A stretch of DNA of 64,000 nt. Origin: the human T2T-CHM13v2.0 reference genome, Homo sapiens. The position numbers and the translations under genes were made by a program. Under the pieces are notes generated by a model. It saw nothing but the letters and a program-made list of their open reading frames with translations, searched no databases and was not told the origin of the DNA. Positions 12,101-25,165 of this stretch are shown here, one piece after another. The stretch lies in NCBI RefSeq assembly GCF_009914755.1, contig NC_060939.1, one strand, 5' to 3'. Position 1 is the first letter of the stretch; each line of letters starts with the position of its first letter.

Positions 12101-14540
12101 CTTTGTGATGTGTGCATACATCTCACAGTGTTGGACGTTTCTTTTGATAGGGCAGTTTCGAAAGAGTCTTCTTGTAGAGTCTGCAAGTGGATATTTGGAG
12201 CGCTTTGAGGCCTAATGTGGAAAATCAAATATCTTCACATAAAAACTACACAGAGGCATTCTGAGAAACTTCTTTTTTGTGTGTGCATTCAACTCACATA
12301 GTTGAAGTTATCTTTCGATTTAGCTGTTTTGAATCTCCTTTTTGCAGAATCTGCAAGTTGACACCTGGAGCCCTGTTTCACCCTATAGTGGAAAAGCAAA
12401 TATCTCCACATAAACAAACACTACAGAGAAGCATTCAGAGAAAGTCCTTTGTGATGTGTGCATTGAACACGCAGAGTTGAAACTATCTTTTGATTGTACA
12501 GTTTTGAATATCTCTTTTTGTAGAATCTGCAAGTGGAAGTTTGGAGCTGTTTGCACGCTGTGGTGCAAAAGGAAATATCTTCATATAAAAACTACACAGA
12601 AGCTTTCAGAGAGACTTCTTTGTGAGGAATGCGTTCCTCACACAGAGTTGAATCTTCCTTTTTATTGAGTAGTTTTGAAACCCTCTTTTTGCAGAATAAC
12701 CAGGGGGATATTTGGAGAGCTTTGAGGCCTGTTTTGGAAAAGGAAATATCTTCAAATTAAAACCACACAGAAGCATTCTGAGAAACTTCTTTGTGATGTG
12801 TGCATTCAACTCTCAGAGTTCAACGTGTCTTATGATGGAGCAGTTTGGAAACACTCTTTTTTGTAGAAACTGCAAGTGGATATGTAGAGCGATTTGAGGC
12901 CTACTGTGGAAAAGCAAATATCTTCACATAACGACTACACAGAAGCACTCCTAGAAACTTCTTTGTGATGTGTGAATTCAACTCACAGAGCTGAACCTAT
13001 CTTTTGATGGAGTAGCTTAGAATCTCTCTTTTTTTAGAATCTGCAAGTGGATATTTGGAGCGCTTTGAGACCTAAAGTGGAAAAGCAAATATCTTCACAT
13101 AAAATCTACATAGAGGCACTCTAAGAAACTTCTTTTTGATGTGTGCATTCAACTCACAGAGCTGAAGCACACAGTGCTTGAGTGACCAGTTTTGAATCTC
13201 TCTTTTTGTACAATCTGCAAGTGGATATTGGGAGCCCTTTGCGGCCTGTGGTGGAAAAGGAAATATCTTCAAATAAAAACTACACAGAAGCATTCTGAGA
13301 AACTTCTTTGTGATGTGTACATTCATCTCACAGAGTTGACAATTTCTTTTGATTGAGCAGTTTTGAAACACTGCTTTTGTAGAGTCTGGAAGTTGATATT
13401 TGGAGGGCTTTGAGGTCTATTTCGGAAAAGAAAATATCTTCACTTAAAAACTACGCAGAAATACTGTGAGAAACTTCTTTGTTATGTGAGCATTCAACTC
13501 ACAGAGCTGAACCTATCTTTTGATTCAGCAGTTTTGAATCTCTCATTTTGCAGAATCTGCAAGAGGATATTTGGAGCCCTTTGCTACCTATGGTGGAAAA
13601 GGAAATACCTCCAAATAAAAACTACACAGAGGCATTCTGAGAAACTTCTTGTGATTGTGCATTCAACTCACAGAGTTAAACCTATCTTATGATTGACCAG
13701 TTTTGGAACACTGTTTTCACAGGATCTGCAAGTGGATATTTGGTGTGCTTTGAGGCCTATCGTGGAAAAGCAAGTAACTTCAGATAAAAACTATACAGAA
13801 GCATTCTGAGAAACTTCTTTGTGATGTGTGCATTGATCTCACAGAGTTGAAAGTGTATTTTGATTGAGCAGTTTTAAAACACTCCTTCTGTAGAATCTGC
13901 AAGTGGATAATTGGAGAGATTTGAGGTATGTTGTGGAAAAGCAAATATCTTCATATAAAAACTATACAGAAGCCTTCTGAGAAACATCTTTGTGAGGTTT
14001 GCATTCAACTCACAGAGCTGGACCTATCTCTTGAGTGACCAGTTTTGAATCTCTCTTTTTGTTCAATCTGCAAGTGGATATTTGGAGCGATTTGAGGCCT
14101 ACATTTGAAAATAAAATATCGTCCCTTAAAATCTACACAGAAACATTCTCAGAAATTGTTTGTCATGTGGGCTTTCAAATTACCAGGTTGAACCTATCTT
14201 GTGATTGAGCAGTTCTGAATCTCTCTTTTTGTGGAATCTGCAAATGGATATTTTTAGCCCTTTGCGGACTGTGGTGGAAAAGGAATTATCTTCAAATCCA
14301 TTCTACACAGAAGCATTCAGACAAACTTCTTGGTGATGAGTGCATTGGTCACACAGAATTGAACCTCTCCTTTGATTGAGCAATTCTGAAACACTCTTTC
14401 AGAGGGTCTGCAAGTGGATATTTTAGAGCTTTGGGACAATTGTGGAAAAGTAAATATCTTCACATAAAAACTACACGGAAGCATTCTGAGAAACTTCTTT
14501 GGAGGTGTGCATTCAACTCACAGAGTTGAACCTATCTTTT
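151..14540 (+). repeat. HOR block A1: ~3.2 copies of the full 26-mer (4439-4440 bp period)
   Basis: The landmark AAGCACACAGTGCTT occurs at 4287, 8726 and 13165 (spacing 4439). The ORF track repeats at 3109, 7548, 11987. 4439/171 = 26 monomers. Boundaries are approximate. Confidence 0.92.
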
Positions 14541-16478
14541 CATTGAGCAGTTTTGAATCTCTCTTTTTGTAGACTCTGCTTGCAGATATTTGGAGAGCTT
14601 TGAGGCCTATTGTGGAAAAGGGATCATCTTCACATAAAAACACACAGAAGCACTCTGAGAAACTTCTTTGTGAAGTGTGCATTCAACTCACAGAGTTGAA
14701 ACTATCTTTTGATTGAGAAGCTTTGAATCTCTCTTTTTGTAGAAGCTGCATGTGGATATTTGGAGACGTTTGTGGCCTATGGTAGAAAAGGCAATATCTT
14801 CAAATAAAAACTAGACAGAAGCATTTTGAGAAATTTCTCTGTGCTGTGTGCATTCATATCACATGGTTGAAACTACCTTTTGATTGAGCAGTTTTGAATC
14901 TCTCTTTTTGTACCATCTGCAATGGATATTTGGAGCCCTTTGTGGTCTGTGGTGGAAAAGGAACTATCCTCAAATAAAAACTACACAGAAGTATTCCGAG
15001 AAACTTCCTTGTGATGTGTGCATTCATCTCATAGGGTTGAACCTTTGGTTTGATTGAGCAGTTTTGAGACAATCTTTCCATAGAATCTGGAAGTGAATAT
15101 TTGGAGAACCTTGAGATCTACTTTGGAGAAGGAGATATCTTTATATAAAAACTGCACGGAAGCATTCTGAGAAACATCTTTGTGAGGTGTGCAATGAAGT
15201 CACAGAGTTGAAACTATGTTTTGATTCAGCAGTTTTGAGTCTCTCTTTTTGCAAAATCTGCGAGTGGATATCTGGAGAACTTGGAGGCCTATTTGGAAAA
15301 GGAAATATCTTCACATATAAACTATGCAGAAGCATTTTGAGATTCTTCTTTGTGAGGTGTGCATTCAACTCACAGAGTTGAACTTATCTTTTCCTTGAGC
15401 ACTTTCATATCTCATTTTCTGTAGAATCTGCAAGTGGATATTTGGAGCTCTTTGTACCCTGTGGTGGAAAGGGAACTATCTTCATATAAAAACTACAAAG
15501 AAGCATTCAGAGAAACTTCTTGTGATGAATGCATTCCTCACACAGAGTTGAACCTTTCTTTTTATTGAGCAGTATTGAAACGCTCTTTTTGCAGAATCAC
15601 CAAGTGGATATTTGGAGATCTTTGGGGCCTGTTTTGGAAAATGAAATATCTTCAAAGTAAAACTACACAGAACCATTCTGAGAAACTTCTTTATGATGTG
15701 TGCATTCAACTCTCAGAGTTGAACCTACCTTATGATTGAGCAATTTGGAAACACTCTTTTTGTAGAGTCTGCAAGTGGATATTTAGAACGATTTGAGGCC
15801 TATTGTGGAAAAGCAAATATCTCCACATAAAAACTACACAGAAGCCTTCTGAGAAACTTCGTTGGCATGTGTGCATTCAACTAACAGTGTTGAACGTATC
15901 TTTTGATTGAGCAGCTTAGAATCTCTCTTTTTGTAGAAAATGCAAGTAGATACTTGGAGCCCCATTTTGCCCTATGGTAGAAAACAGAACATCTACACAT
16001 AAAAACTACACAGAAGCATTCTGAGAAACTTCTTTGTGATGTTTGCGTTGAACTCCCAGAGTCGAACCTATCTTTTGATAGAGCACTTTTGTATCTCTCT
16101 TTTTGTGGAATCTGCAAGTGGATATTTGGAAAGCTTGAGGCCTATTGTGAAAAAGGAAATATCTTCACATAAAAACTACAGGGAAGCATTCTGAGAAACT
16201 TCTTTGTGAGGCATGGATTCAACCCACAGAGTTGGACTTATCATTGAGCAGTTTTGAATCTCTCTTTTTGTCGAATCTGCAAGTGGATATTTGGAGCCCT
16301 TTGCAACCTAGGGTGGAAAAGGAAATACCTTCAAATAAAAACTATATAGAAGCATTCCGTAAAACTTCTTTGTGATGTGTGCATTCGTCTCACAGAGTTG
16401 AACCTATCTAATGATTGAGCGGTTTTGAAACACTCATTTTGTAGAACCTGCAAGTGGATATTGGGAGTACTTTGTGGC

Positions 16479-16495
16479 CTTCTTTGGAAAAGGGA
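16479..16495 (+). other. Non-functional CENP-B-box-like 17-mer CTTCTTTGGAAAAGGGA (also at ~20803, 25109, 56182, 60504)
   Basis: 15/17 match to CTTCGTTGGAAACGGGA at the expected box position of the monomer. Both essential CG dinucleotides are absent. Confidence 0.6.
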
Positions 16496-17719
16496 ATATC
16501 TTCACATAAAAACTACAAAGAAGCATTCTGAGAAACTTCTTTGTGATGTGTGCATTCATCTCACAGTGTTGGACGTTTCTTTTGATAGGGCAGTTTTGAA
16601 ACACTCTTTTTCTAGAATCTGCAAGTGGATATTTGGAGCGCTTTGAGGCCTAATGTGGAAAATCAAATATCTTCACATAAAAACTACACAGAGGCATTCT
16701 GAGAAACTTCTTTTTTGTGTGTGCATTCAACTCATATAGTTGAAGTAATCTTTGGATTTAGCTGTTTTGAATCTCCTTTTTGCAGAATCTGCAAGTTGAT
16801 ACTTGGAGCCCTGTTTCACCCTATAGTCGAAAAGCAAATATCTTCACATAAACAAACCCTGCAGAGAAGCATTCAGAGAAAGTCCTTTGTGATGTGTGCA
16901 TTGAACATGCAGAGTTGACACTATCTTTTGATTGTACAGTTTTGAATACGTCTTTTTGTAGAATCTGCAAGTGGAAGTTTGGAGCTGTTTGCACCCTGTG
17001 GTGTAAAAGGAAATATCTTCATATAAAAGCTACACAGAAGCATTCAGAAAGACTTCTTTGTGATGAATGCGTTCCTCACACAGAGTTGAATCTTCCTTTT
17101 TATTGAGTAGTATTGAAACCCTCTTTTTGCAGAATAACCAGGTGGATATTTGGAGAGCTTTGAGGCCTGTTTTGGAAAAGGAAATATCTTCAAATTAAAA
17201 CCACACAGAAGCATTCTGAGAAGCTTCTTTGTGATGTGTGCATTCAACTCTCAGAGTTCAACGTGTCTTATGATGGAGCAGTTTGGAAACACTCTTTTTT
17301 GTAGAAACTGCAAGTGGATATGTAGAGCGATTTGAGGCCTACTGTGGAAAAGCAAATATCTTCACATAACAACTACACAGAAGCACTCCTAGAAACTTCT
17401 TTGTGATGTGTGAATTCAACTCACAGAGCTGAACCTATCTTTTGATGGAGTAGCTTAGAATCTCTCTTTTTTTAGAATCTGCACGTGGATATTTGGAGCG
17501 CTTTGAGACCTAAAGTGGAAAAGCAAATATCTTCACATAAAATCTACATAGAGGCACTCTAAGAAACTTCTTTTTGATGTGTGCATTCACCTCACAGAGC
17601 TGAACCGATCCTTTGAGTGACCAGTTTTGAATCTCTCTTTTTATACAATCTGCAAGTGGATATTTGGAGCCCTTTGCGGCCTATGGTGGAAAAGGAAATA
17701 TCTTCAAATAAAAACTACA

Positions 17720-17780
17720 CAGAAGCATTCTGAGTCCCTATTTTGGAAAAGAGAATATCTTCACTTAAACAACTACGCAG
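17720..17780 (+). other. Truncated (~56 bp) alphoid monomer created by a ~115-bp internal deletion; diagnostic of type B (junctions also at 95, 22058, 57438, 61761)
   Basis: B reads GCATTCTGAG-TCCCTATTTTGGAAAAG. A has 115 bp between TGAG at 4418-4421 and TGAG at 4533-4536, followed by GTCTATTTCGGAAAAG. Confidence 0.92.
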
Positions 17781-20700
17781 AAATACTGTGAGAAACTTCT
17801 TTGTTATGTGAGCATTCAACTCACAGAGTTGAACCTATCTTTTGATTGAGCAGTTTTGAATCTCTCATTTTGCAGAATCTGCAAGGGGATATTTGGAGCC
17901 CTTTGCGGCCTATGGTGGAAAAGGAAATACCTTCAAATGAAAAGCACACAGAGGCATTCTGAGAAACTTCTTCGTGATTGTGCATTCAACTCACAGAGTT
18001 AAACCTATCTTATGATTGACCAGTTTTGGAACACTCTTTTCATAGGATCTGCAAGTGGATATTTGGTGTGCTTTGAGGCCTATCGTGGAAAAGCAAATAA
18101 TTTCAGATGAAAACTATACAGAAGCATTCTGAGAAACTTCTTTGTGATGTGTGCATTGATCTCACAGAGTTGAAAGTGTATTTTGATTGAGCAGTTTTGA
18201 AACACTCTTTTTGTAGAATCTGCAAGTGGATAATTGGGGAGATTTGAGGTATATTGTGGAAAAGCAAGTATCTTCATATAAAAACTATACAGAAGCTTTC
18301 TGAGAAACATCTTTGTGAGGTTTGCATTCAACTCACAGAGCTGGAACTATCTTTTGAGTGACCAGTTTTGAATCTCTCTTTTTGTACAATCTGCAAGTGG
18401 ATATTTGGAGCGTTTTGAGGCCTACATTTGAAAATCAAATATCTTCCCTTAAAATCTACATAGAAACATTCTCAGAAATTGTTTGTCATGTGGGCTTTCA
18501 AATTACCAAGTTGAACCTACCTTGTGATTGAGCAGTTCTGAATCTCTCTTTTTGGGGAATCTGCAAATGGATATTTTTGGCCCTTTGCGGACTGTGGTGG
18601 AAAAGGAATTACCTTCAAATCCATTCTACACAGAAGCATTCAGACAAACTTCTTGGTGATGAGTGCATTGGTCACACAGAATTGAACCTCTCCTTTGATT
18701 GAGCAATTCTGAAACACTCTTTCAGAGGGTCTGCAAGTGGATATTTTAGAGCTTTGGGACAATTGTGGAAAAGTAAATATCTTCACATAAAAACTACACG
18801 GAAGCATTCTGAGAAACTTCTTTGGAGGTGTGCATTCAACTCACAGAGTTGAACCTATCTTTTCATTGAGCAGTTTTGAATCTCTCTTTTTGTAGACTCT
18901 GCTTGCAGATATTTGGAGAGCTTTGAGGCCTATTGTGGAAAAGGGATCATCTTCACATAAAAACACACAGAAGCACTCTGAGAAACTTCTTTGTGAAGTG
19001 TGCATTCAACTCACAGAGTTGAACCTATCTTTTGATTGAGAAGCTTTGAATCTCTCTTTTTGTAGAAGCTGCATGTGGATATTTGGAGACGTTTGTGGCC
19101 TATGGTAGAAAAGGCAATATCTTCAAATAAAAACTAGACAGAAGCATTTTGAGAAATTTCTCTGTGCTGTGTGCATTCATATCACATGGTTGAAACTACC
19201 TTTTGATTGAGCAGTTTTGAATCTCTCTTTTTGTACCATCTGCAATGGATATTTGGAGCCCTTTGTGGTCTGTGGTGGAAAAGGAACTATCCTCAAATAA
19301 AAACTACACAGAAGTATTCCGAGAAACTTCCTTGTGATGTGTGCATTCATCTCATAGGGTTGAACCTTTGGTTTGATTGAGCAGTTTTGAGACAATCTTT
19401 CCATAGAATCTGGAAGTGAATATTTGGAGAACCTTGAGATCTATTTTGGAGAAGGAGATATCTTTATATAAAAACTGCACAGAAGCATTCTGAGAAACAT
19501 CTTTGTGAGGTGTGCAATGAAGTCACAGAGTTGAAACTATGTTTTGATTCATCAGTTTTGAGTCTCTCTTTTTGCAGAATCTGCGAGTGGATATCTGGAG
19601 AACTTGGAGGCCTATTTGGAAAAGGAAATATCTTCACATATAAACTATGCAGAAGCATTTTGAGATTCTTCTTTGTGAGGTGTGCATGCAACTCACAGAG
19701 TTGAACTTATCTTTTCCTTGAGCACTTTCGTATCTCATTTTCTGTAGAATCTGCAAGTGGATATTTGGAGCTCTTTGCACCCTGTGGTGGAAAGGGAACT
19801 ATCTTCATATAAAAACTACAAAGAAGCATTCAGAGAAACTTCTTTGTGATGAATGCATTCCTCACACAGAGCTGAACGTTTCTTTTTATTGAGCAGTATT
19901 GAAACGCTCTTTTTGCAGAATCACCAAGTGGATATTTGGAGAGCTTTGGGGCCTGTTTTGGAAAATGAAATATCTTCAAAGTAAAACTACACAGAACCAT
20001 TCTGAGAAACTTCTTTATGATGTGTGCATTCAACTCTCAGAGTTGAACCTACCTTATGATTGACCAATTTGGAAACACTCTTTTTGTAGAGCCTGCAAGT
20101 GGATATTTAGAACGATTTGAGGCCTATTGTGGAAAAGCAAATATCTTCACATAAAAACTACACAGAAGCATTCTGAGAAACTTCTTTGGCATGTGTGCAT
20201 TCATCTAACAGTGTTGAACGTATCTTTTGATTGAGCAGCTTAGAATCTCTCTTTTTGTAGAAAATGCAAGTAGAGATTTGGAGCCCCATTTTGCCCTATG
20301 GTAGAAAACAGAACATCTTCACATAAAAACTACACAGAAGCATTCTGAGAAACTTCTTTGTGATGTTTGCATTGAACTCCCAGAGTCGAACCTATCTTTT
20401 GATAGAGCACTTTTGTATCTCTCTTTTTGCGGAATCTGCAAGTGGATATTTGGAAAGCTTGAGACCTATTGTGAAAAAGGAAATATCTTCACATAAAAAC
20501 TACAGAGAAGCATTCTGAGAAACTTCTTTGTGAGGCATGGATTCAACCCACAGAGTTGGACTTATCATTGAGCAGTTTTGAATCTCTCTTTTTGTCGAAT
20601 CTGCAAGTGGATATTTGGAGCCCTTTGCAACCTAGGGTGGAAAAGGAAATACCTTCAAATAAAAACTATATAGAAGCATTCCGTAAAACTTCTTTGTGAC

Positions 20701-22410
20701 CTGTGCATTCGTCTCACAGAGTTGAACCTATCTAATGATTGAGCGGTTTTGAAACACTCATTTTGTAGAACCTGCAAGTGGATATTGGGAGTACTTTGTG
20801 GCCTTCTTTGGAAAAGGGAATATCTTCACATAAAAATTACAAAGAAGCATTCTGAGAAACTTCTTTGTGATGTGTGCATTCATCTCACAGTGTTGGACGT
20901 TTCTTTTGATAGGGCAGTTTTGAAACACTCTTTTTCTAGAATCTGCAAGTGGATATTTAGAGCGCTTTGAGGCCTAATGTGGAAAATCAAATATCTTCAC
21001 ATAAAAACTACACAGAGGCATTCTGAGAAACTTCTTTTTTGTGTGTGCATTCAACTCACATAGTTGAAGTAATCTTTGGATTTAGCTGTTTTGAATCTCC
21101 TTTTTGCAGAATCTGCAAGTTGATACTTGGAGCCCTGTTTCACCCTATAGTGGAAAAGCAAATGTCTTCACATAAACAAACCCTACAGAGAAGCATTCAG
21201 AGAAAGTCCTTTGTGATGTGTGCATTGAACATGCAGAGTTGACACTATCTTTTGATTGTACAGTTTTGAATACGTCTTTTTGTAGAATCTGCAAGTGGAA
21301 GTTTGGAGCTGTTTGCACCCTGTGGTGTAAAAGGAAATATCTTCATATAAAAGCTACACAGAAGCATTCAGAAAGACTTCTTTGTGATGAATGCGTTCCT
21401 CACACAGAGTTGAATCTTCCTTTTTATTGAGTAGTATTGAAACCCTCTTTTTGCAGAATAACCAGGTGGATATTTGGAGAGCTTTGAGGCCTGTTTTGGA
21501 AAAGGAAATATCTTCAAATTAAAACCACACAGAAGCATTCTGAGAAGCTTCTTTGTGATGTGTGCATTCAACTCTCAGAGTTCAACGTGTCTTATGATGG
21601 AGCAGTTTGGAAACACTCTTTTTGTAGAAACTGCAAGTGGATATGTAGAGCGATTTGAGGCCTACTGTGGAAAAGCAAATATCTTCACATAACAACTACA
21701 CAGAAGCACTCCTAGAAACTTCTTTGTGATGTGTGAATTCAACTCACAGAGCTGAACCTATCTTTTGATGGAGTAGCTTAGAATCTCTCTTTTTTTAGAA
21801 TCTGCACGTGGATATTTGGAGCGCTTTGAGACCTAAAGTGGAAAAGCAAATATCTTCACATAAATTCTACATAGAGGCACTCTAAGAAACTTCTTTTTGA
21901 TGTGTGCATTCACCTCACAGAGCTGAACCGATCCTTTGAGTGACCAGTTTTGAATCTCTCTTTTTATACAATCTGCAAGTGGATATTTGGAGCCCTTTGC
22001 GGCCTATGGTGGAAAAGGAAATATCTTCAAATAAAAACTACACAGAAGCATTCTGAGTCCCTATTTTGGAAAAGAGAATATCTTCACTTAAACAACTACG
22101 CAGAAATACTGTGAGAAACTTCTTTGTTATGTGAGCATTCAACTCACAGAGTTGAACCTATCTTTTGATTGAGCAGTTTTGAATCTCTCATTTTGCAGAA
22201 TCTGCAAGGGGATATTTGGAGCCCTTTGCGGCCTATGGTGGAAAAGGAAATACCTTCAAATGAAAAGCACACAGAGGCATTCTGAGAAACTTCCTCGTGA
22301 TTGTGCATTCAACTCACAGAGTTAAACCTATCTTATGATTGACCAGTTTTGGAACACTCTTTTCATAGGATCTGCAAGTGGATATTTGGCGTGCTTTGAG
22401 GCCTATCGTG

Positions 22411-22430
22411 GAAAAGCAAACTATACAGAA
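22411..22430 (+). other. Copy-private 16-bp deletion in one type-B HOR
   Basis: This copy reads GAAAAGCAAA|CTATACAG, versus GAAAAGCAAA-TAACTTCAGATAAAAA-CTATACAG at 57791 onward. It accounts for most of the 4306-bp period. Confidence 0.88.
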
Positions 22431-25165
22431 GCATTCTGAGAAACTTCTTTGTGATGTGTGCATTGATCTCACAGAGTTGAAAGTGTATTTTGATTGAGCA
22501 GTTTTGAAACACTCTTTTTGTAGAATCTGCAAGTGGATAATTGGGGAGATTTGAGGTATATTGTGGAAAAGCAAGTATCTTCATATAAAAACTATACAGA
22601 AGCTTTCTGAGAAACATCTTTGTGAGGTTTGCATTCAACTCACAGAGTTGGAACTATCTTTTGAGTGACCAGTTTTGAATCTCTCTTTTTGTACAATCTG
22701 CAAGTGGATATTTGGAGCGTTTTGAGGCCCACATTTGAAAATCAAATATCTTCCCTTAAAAGCTACACAGAAACATTCTCAGAAATTGTTTGTCATGTGT
22801 GCTTTCAAATTACCAAGTTGAACCTACCTTGTGATTGAGCAGTTTTGAATCTCTCTTTTTGTGGAATCTGCAAGTGGATATTTTTAGCCATTTGCAGACT
22901 GTGGTGGAAAAGGAATTATCTTCAAATCCATTCTACACAGAAGCATTCAGACAAACTTTTTGTGATGAGTGCATTGGTCACACAGAATTGAACCTCTCCT
23001 TTGATTGAGCAATTCTGAAACACTCTTTCAGAGGGTCTGCAAGTGGATATTTTAGAGCTTTGGGACAATTGTGGAAAAGTAAATATCTTCACATAGAAAC
23101 TACACGGAAGCATTCTGAGAAACTTCTTTGGAGGTGTGCATTCAACTCACAGAGTTGAACCTATCTTTTCATTGAGCAGTTTTGAATCTCTCTTTTTGTA
23201 GACTCTGCTTGCAGATATTTGGAGAGCTTTGAGGCCTATTGTGGAAAAGGGATCATCTTCACATAAAAACACACAGAAGCACTCTGAGAAACTTCTTTGT
23301 GAAGTGTGCATTCAACTCACAGAGTTGAACCTATCTTTCGATTGAGAAGGTTTGAATCTCTCTTTTTGTAGTAGCTGCATGTGGATATTTGGAGACGTTT
23401 GTGGCCTATGGTAGAAAAGGCAATATCTTCAAATAAAAACTAGACAGAAGCATTTTGAGAAATTTCTCTGTGCTGTGTGCACTCATATCACATGGTAGAA
23501 ACTACCTTTTGATTGAGCAGTTTTGAATCTCTCTTTTTGTACCATCTGCAATGGATATTTGGAGCCCTTTGTGGTCTGTGGTGGAAAAGGAACTATCCTC
23601 AAATAAAAACTACACAGAAGTATTCCGAGAAACTTCCTTGTGATGTGTGCATTCATCTCATAGGGTTGAACCTTTGGTTTGATTGAGCAGTTTTGAGACA
23701 ATCTTTCCATAGAATCTGGAAGTGAATATTTGGAGAACCTTGAGATCTATTTTGGAGAAGGAGATATCTTTATATAAAAACTGCACAGAAGCATTCTGAG
23801 AAACATCTTTGTGAGGTGTGCAATGAAGTCACAGAGTTGAAACTATGTTTTGATTCAGCAGTTTTGAGTCTCTCTTTTTACAGAATCTGCGAGTGGATAT
23901 CTGGAGAACTTGGAGGCCTATTTGGAAAAGGAAATATCTTCACATATAAACTATGCAGAAGCATTTTGAGATTCTTCTTTGTGAGGTGTGCATGCAACTC
24001 ACAGAGTTGAACTTATCTTTTCCTTGAGCACTTTCATATCTCATTTTCTGTAGAATCTGCAAGTGGATATTTGGAGCTCTTTGCACCCTGTGGTGGAAAG
24101 GGAACTATCTTCATATAAAAACTACAAAGAAGCATTCAGAGAAACTTCTTTGTGATGAATGCATTCCTCACACAGAGCTGAACGTTTCTTTTTATTGAGC
24201 AGTATTGAAACGCTCTTTTTGCAGAATCACCAAGTGGATATTTGGAGAGCTTTGGGGCCTGTTTTGGAAAATGAAATACCTTCAAAGTAAAACTACACAG
24301 AACCATTCTGAGAAACTTCTTTATGATGTGTGCATTCAACTCTCAGAGTTGAACCTACCTTATGATTGACCAATTTGGAAACACTCTTTTTGTAGAGCCT
24401 GCAAGTGGATATTTAGAACGATTTGAGGCCTATTGTGGAAAAGCAAATATCTTCACATAAAAACTACACAGAAGCATTCTGAGAAACTTCTTTGGCATGT
24501 GTGCATTCAACTAACAGTGTTGAACGTATCTTTTGATTGAGCAGCTTAGAATCTCTCTTTTTGTAGAAAATGCAAGTAGATATTTGGAGCCCCATTTTGC
24601 CCTATGGTAGAAAACAGAACATCTTCACATAAAAACTACACAGAAGCATTCTGAGAAACTTCTTTGTGATGTTTGCGTTGAACTCCCAGAGTCGAACCTA
24701 TCTTTTGATAGAGCACTTTTGTATCTCTCTTTTTGCGGAATCTGCAAGTGGATATTTGGAAAGCTTGAGGCCTATTGTGAAAAAGGAAATATCTTCACAT
24801 AAAAACTACAGAGAAGCATTCTGAGAAACTTCTTTGTGAGGCATGGATTCAACCCACAGAGTTGGACTTATCATTGAGCAGTTTTGAATCTCTCTTTTTG
24901 TCGAATCTGCAAGTGTTTATTTGGAGCCCTTTGCAACCTAGGGTGGAAAAGGAAATACCTTCAAATAAAAACTATATAGAAGCATTCCGTAAAACTTCTT
25001 TGTGATGTGTGCATTCGTCTCACAGAGTTGAACCTATCTAATGATTGAGCGGTTTTGAAACACTCATTTTGTAGAACCTGCAAGTGGATATTGGGAGTAC
25101 TTTGTGGCCTTCTTTGGAAAAGGGAATATCTTCACATAAAAATTACAAAGAAGCATTCTGAGAAA

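Larger units (their letters stand above)
14541..25165 (+). repeat. HOR block B1: ~2.4 copies of the shortened variant (4323 bp; one period 4306 bp)
   Basis: Deletion junctions at 17735 and 22058 (spacing 4323). ORF repeats at 14854, 19177, 23483. B-specific alleles include GATTGAGAAGCTTTG, CTCATAGGGTTG, ATATAAACTATGC, CCGTAAAAC and GAACCGATCC. Confidence 0.92.
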
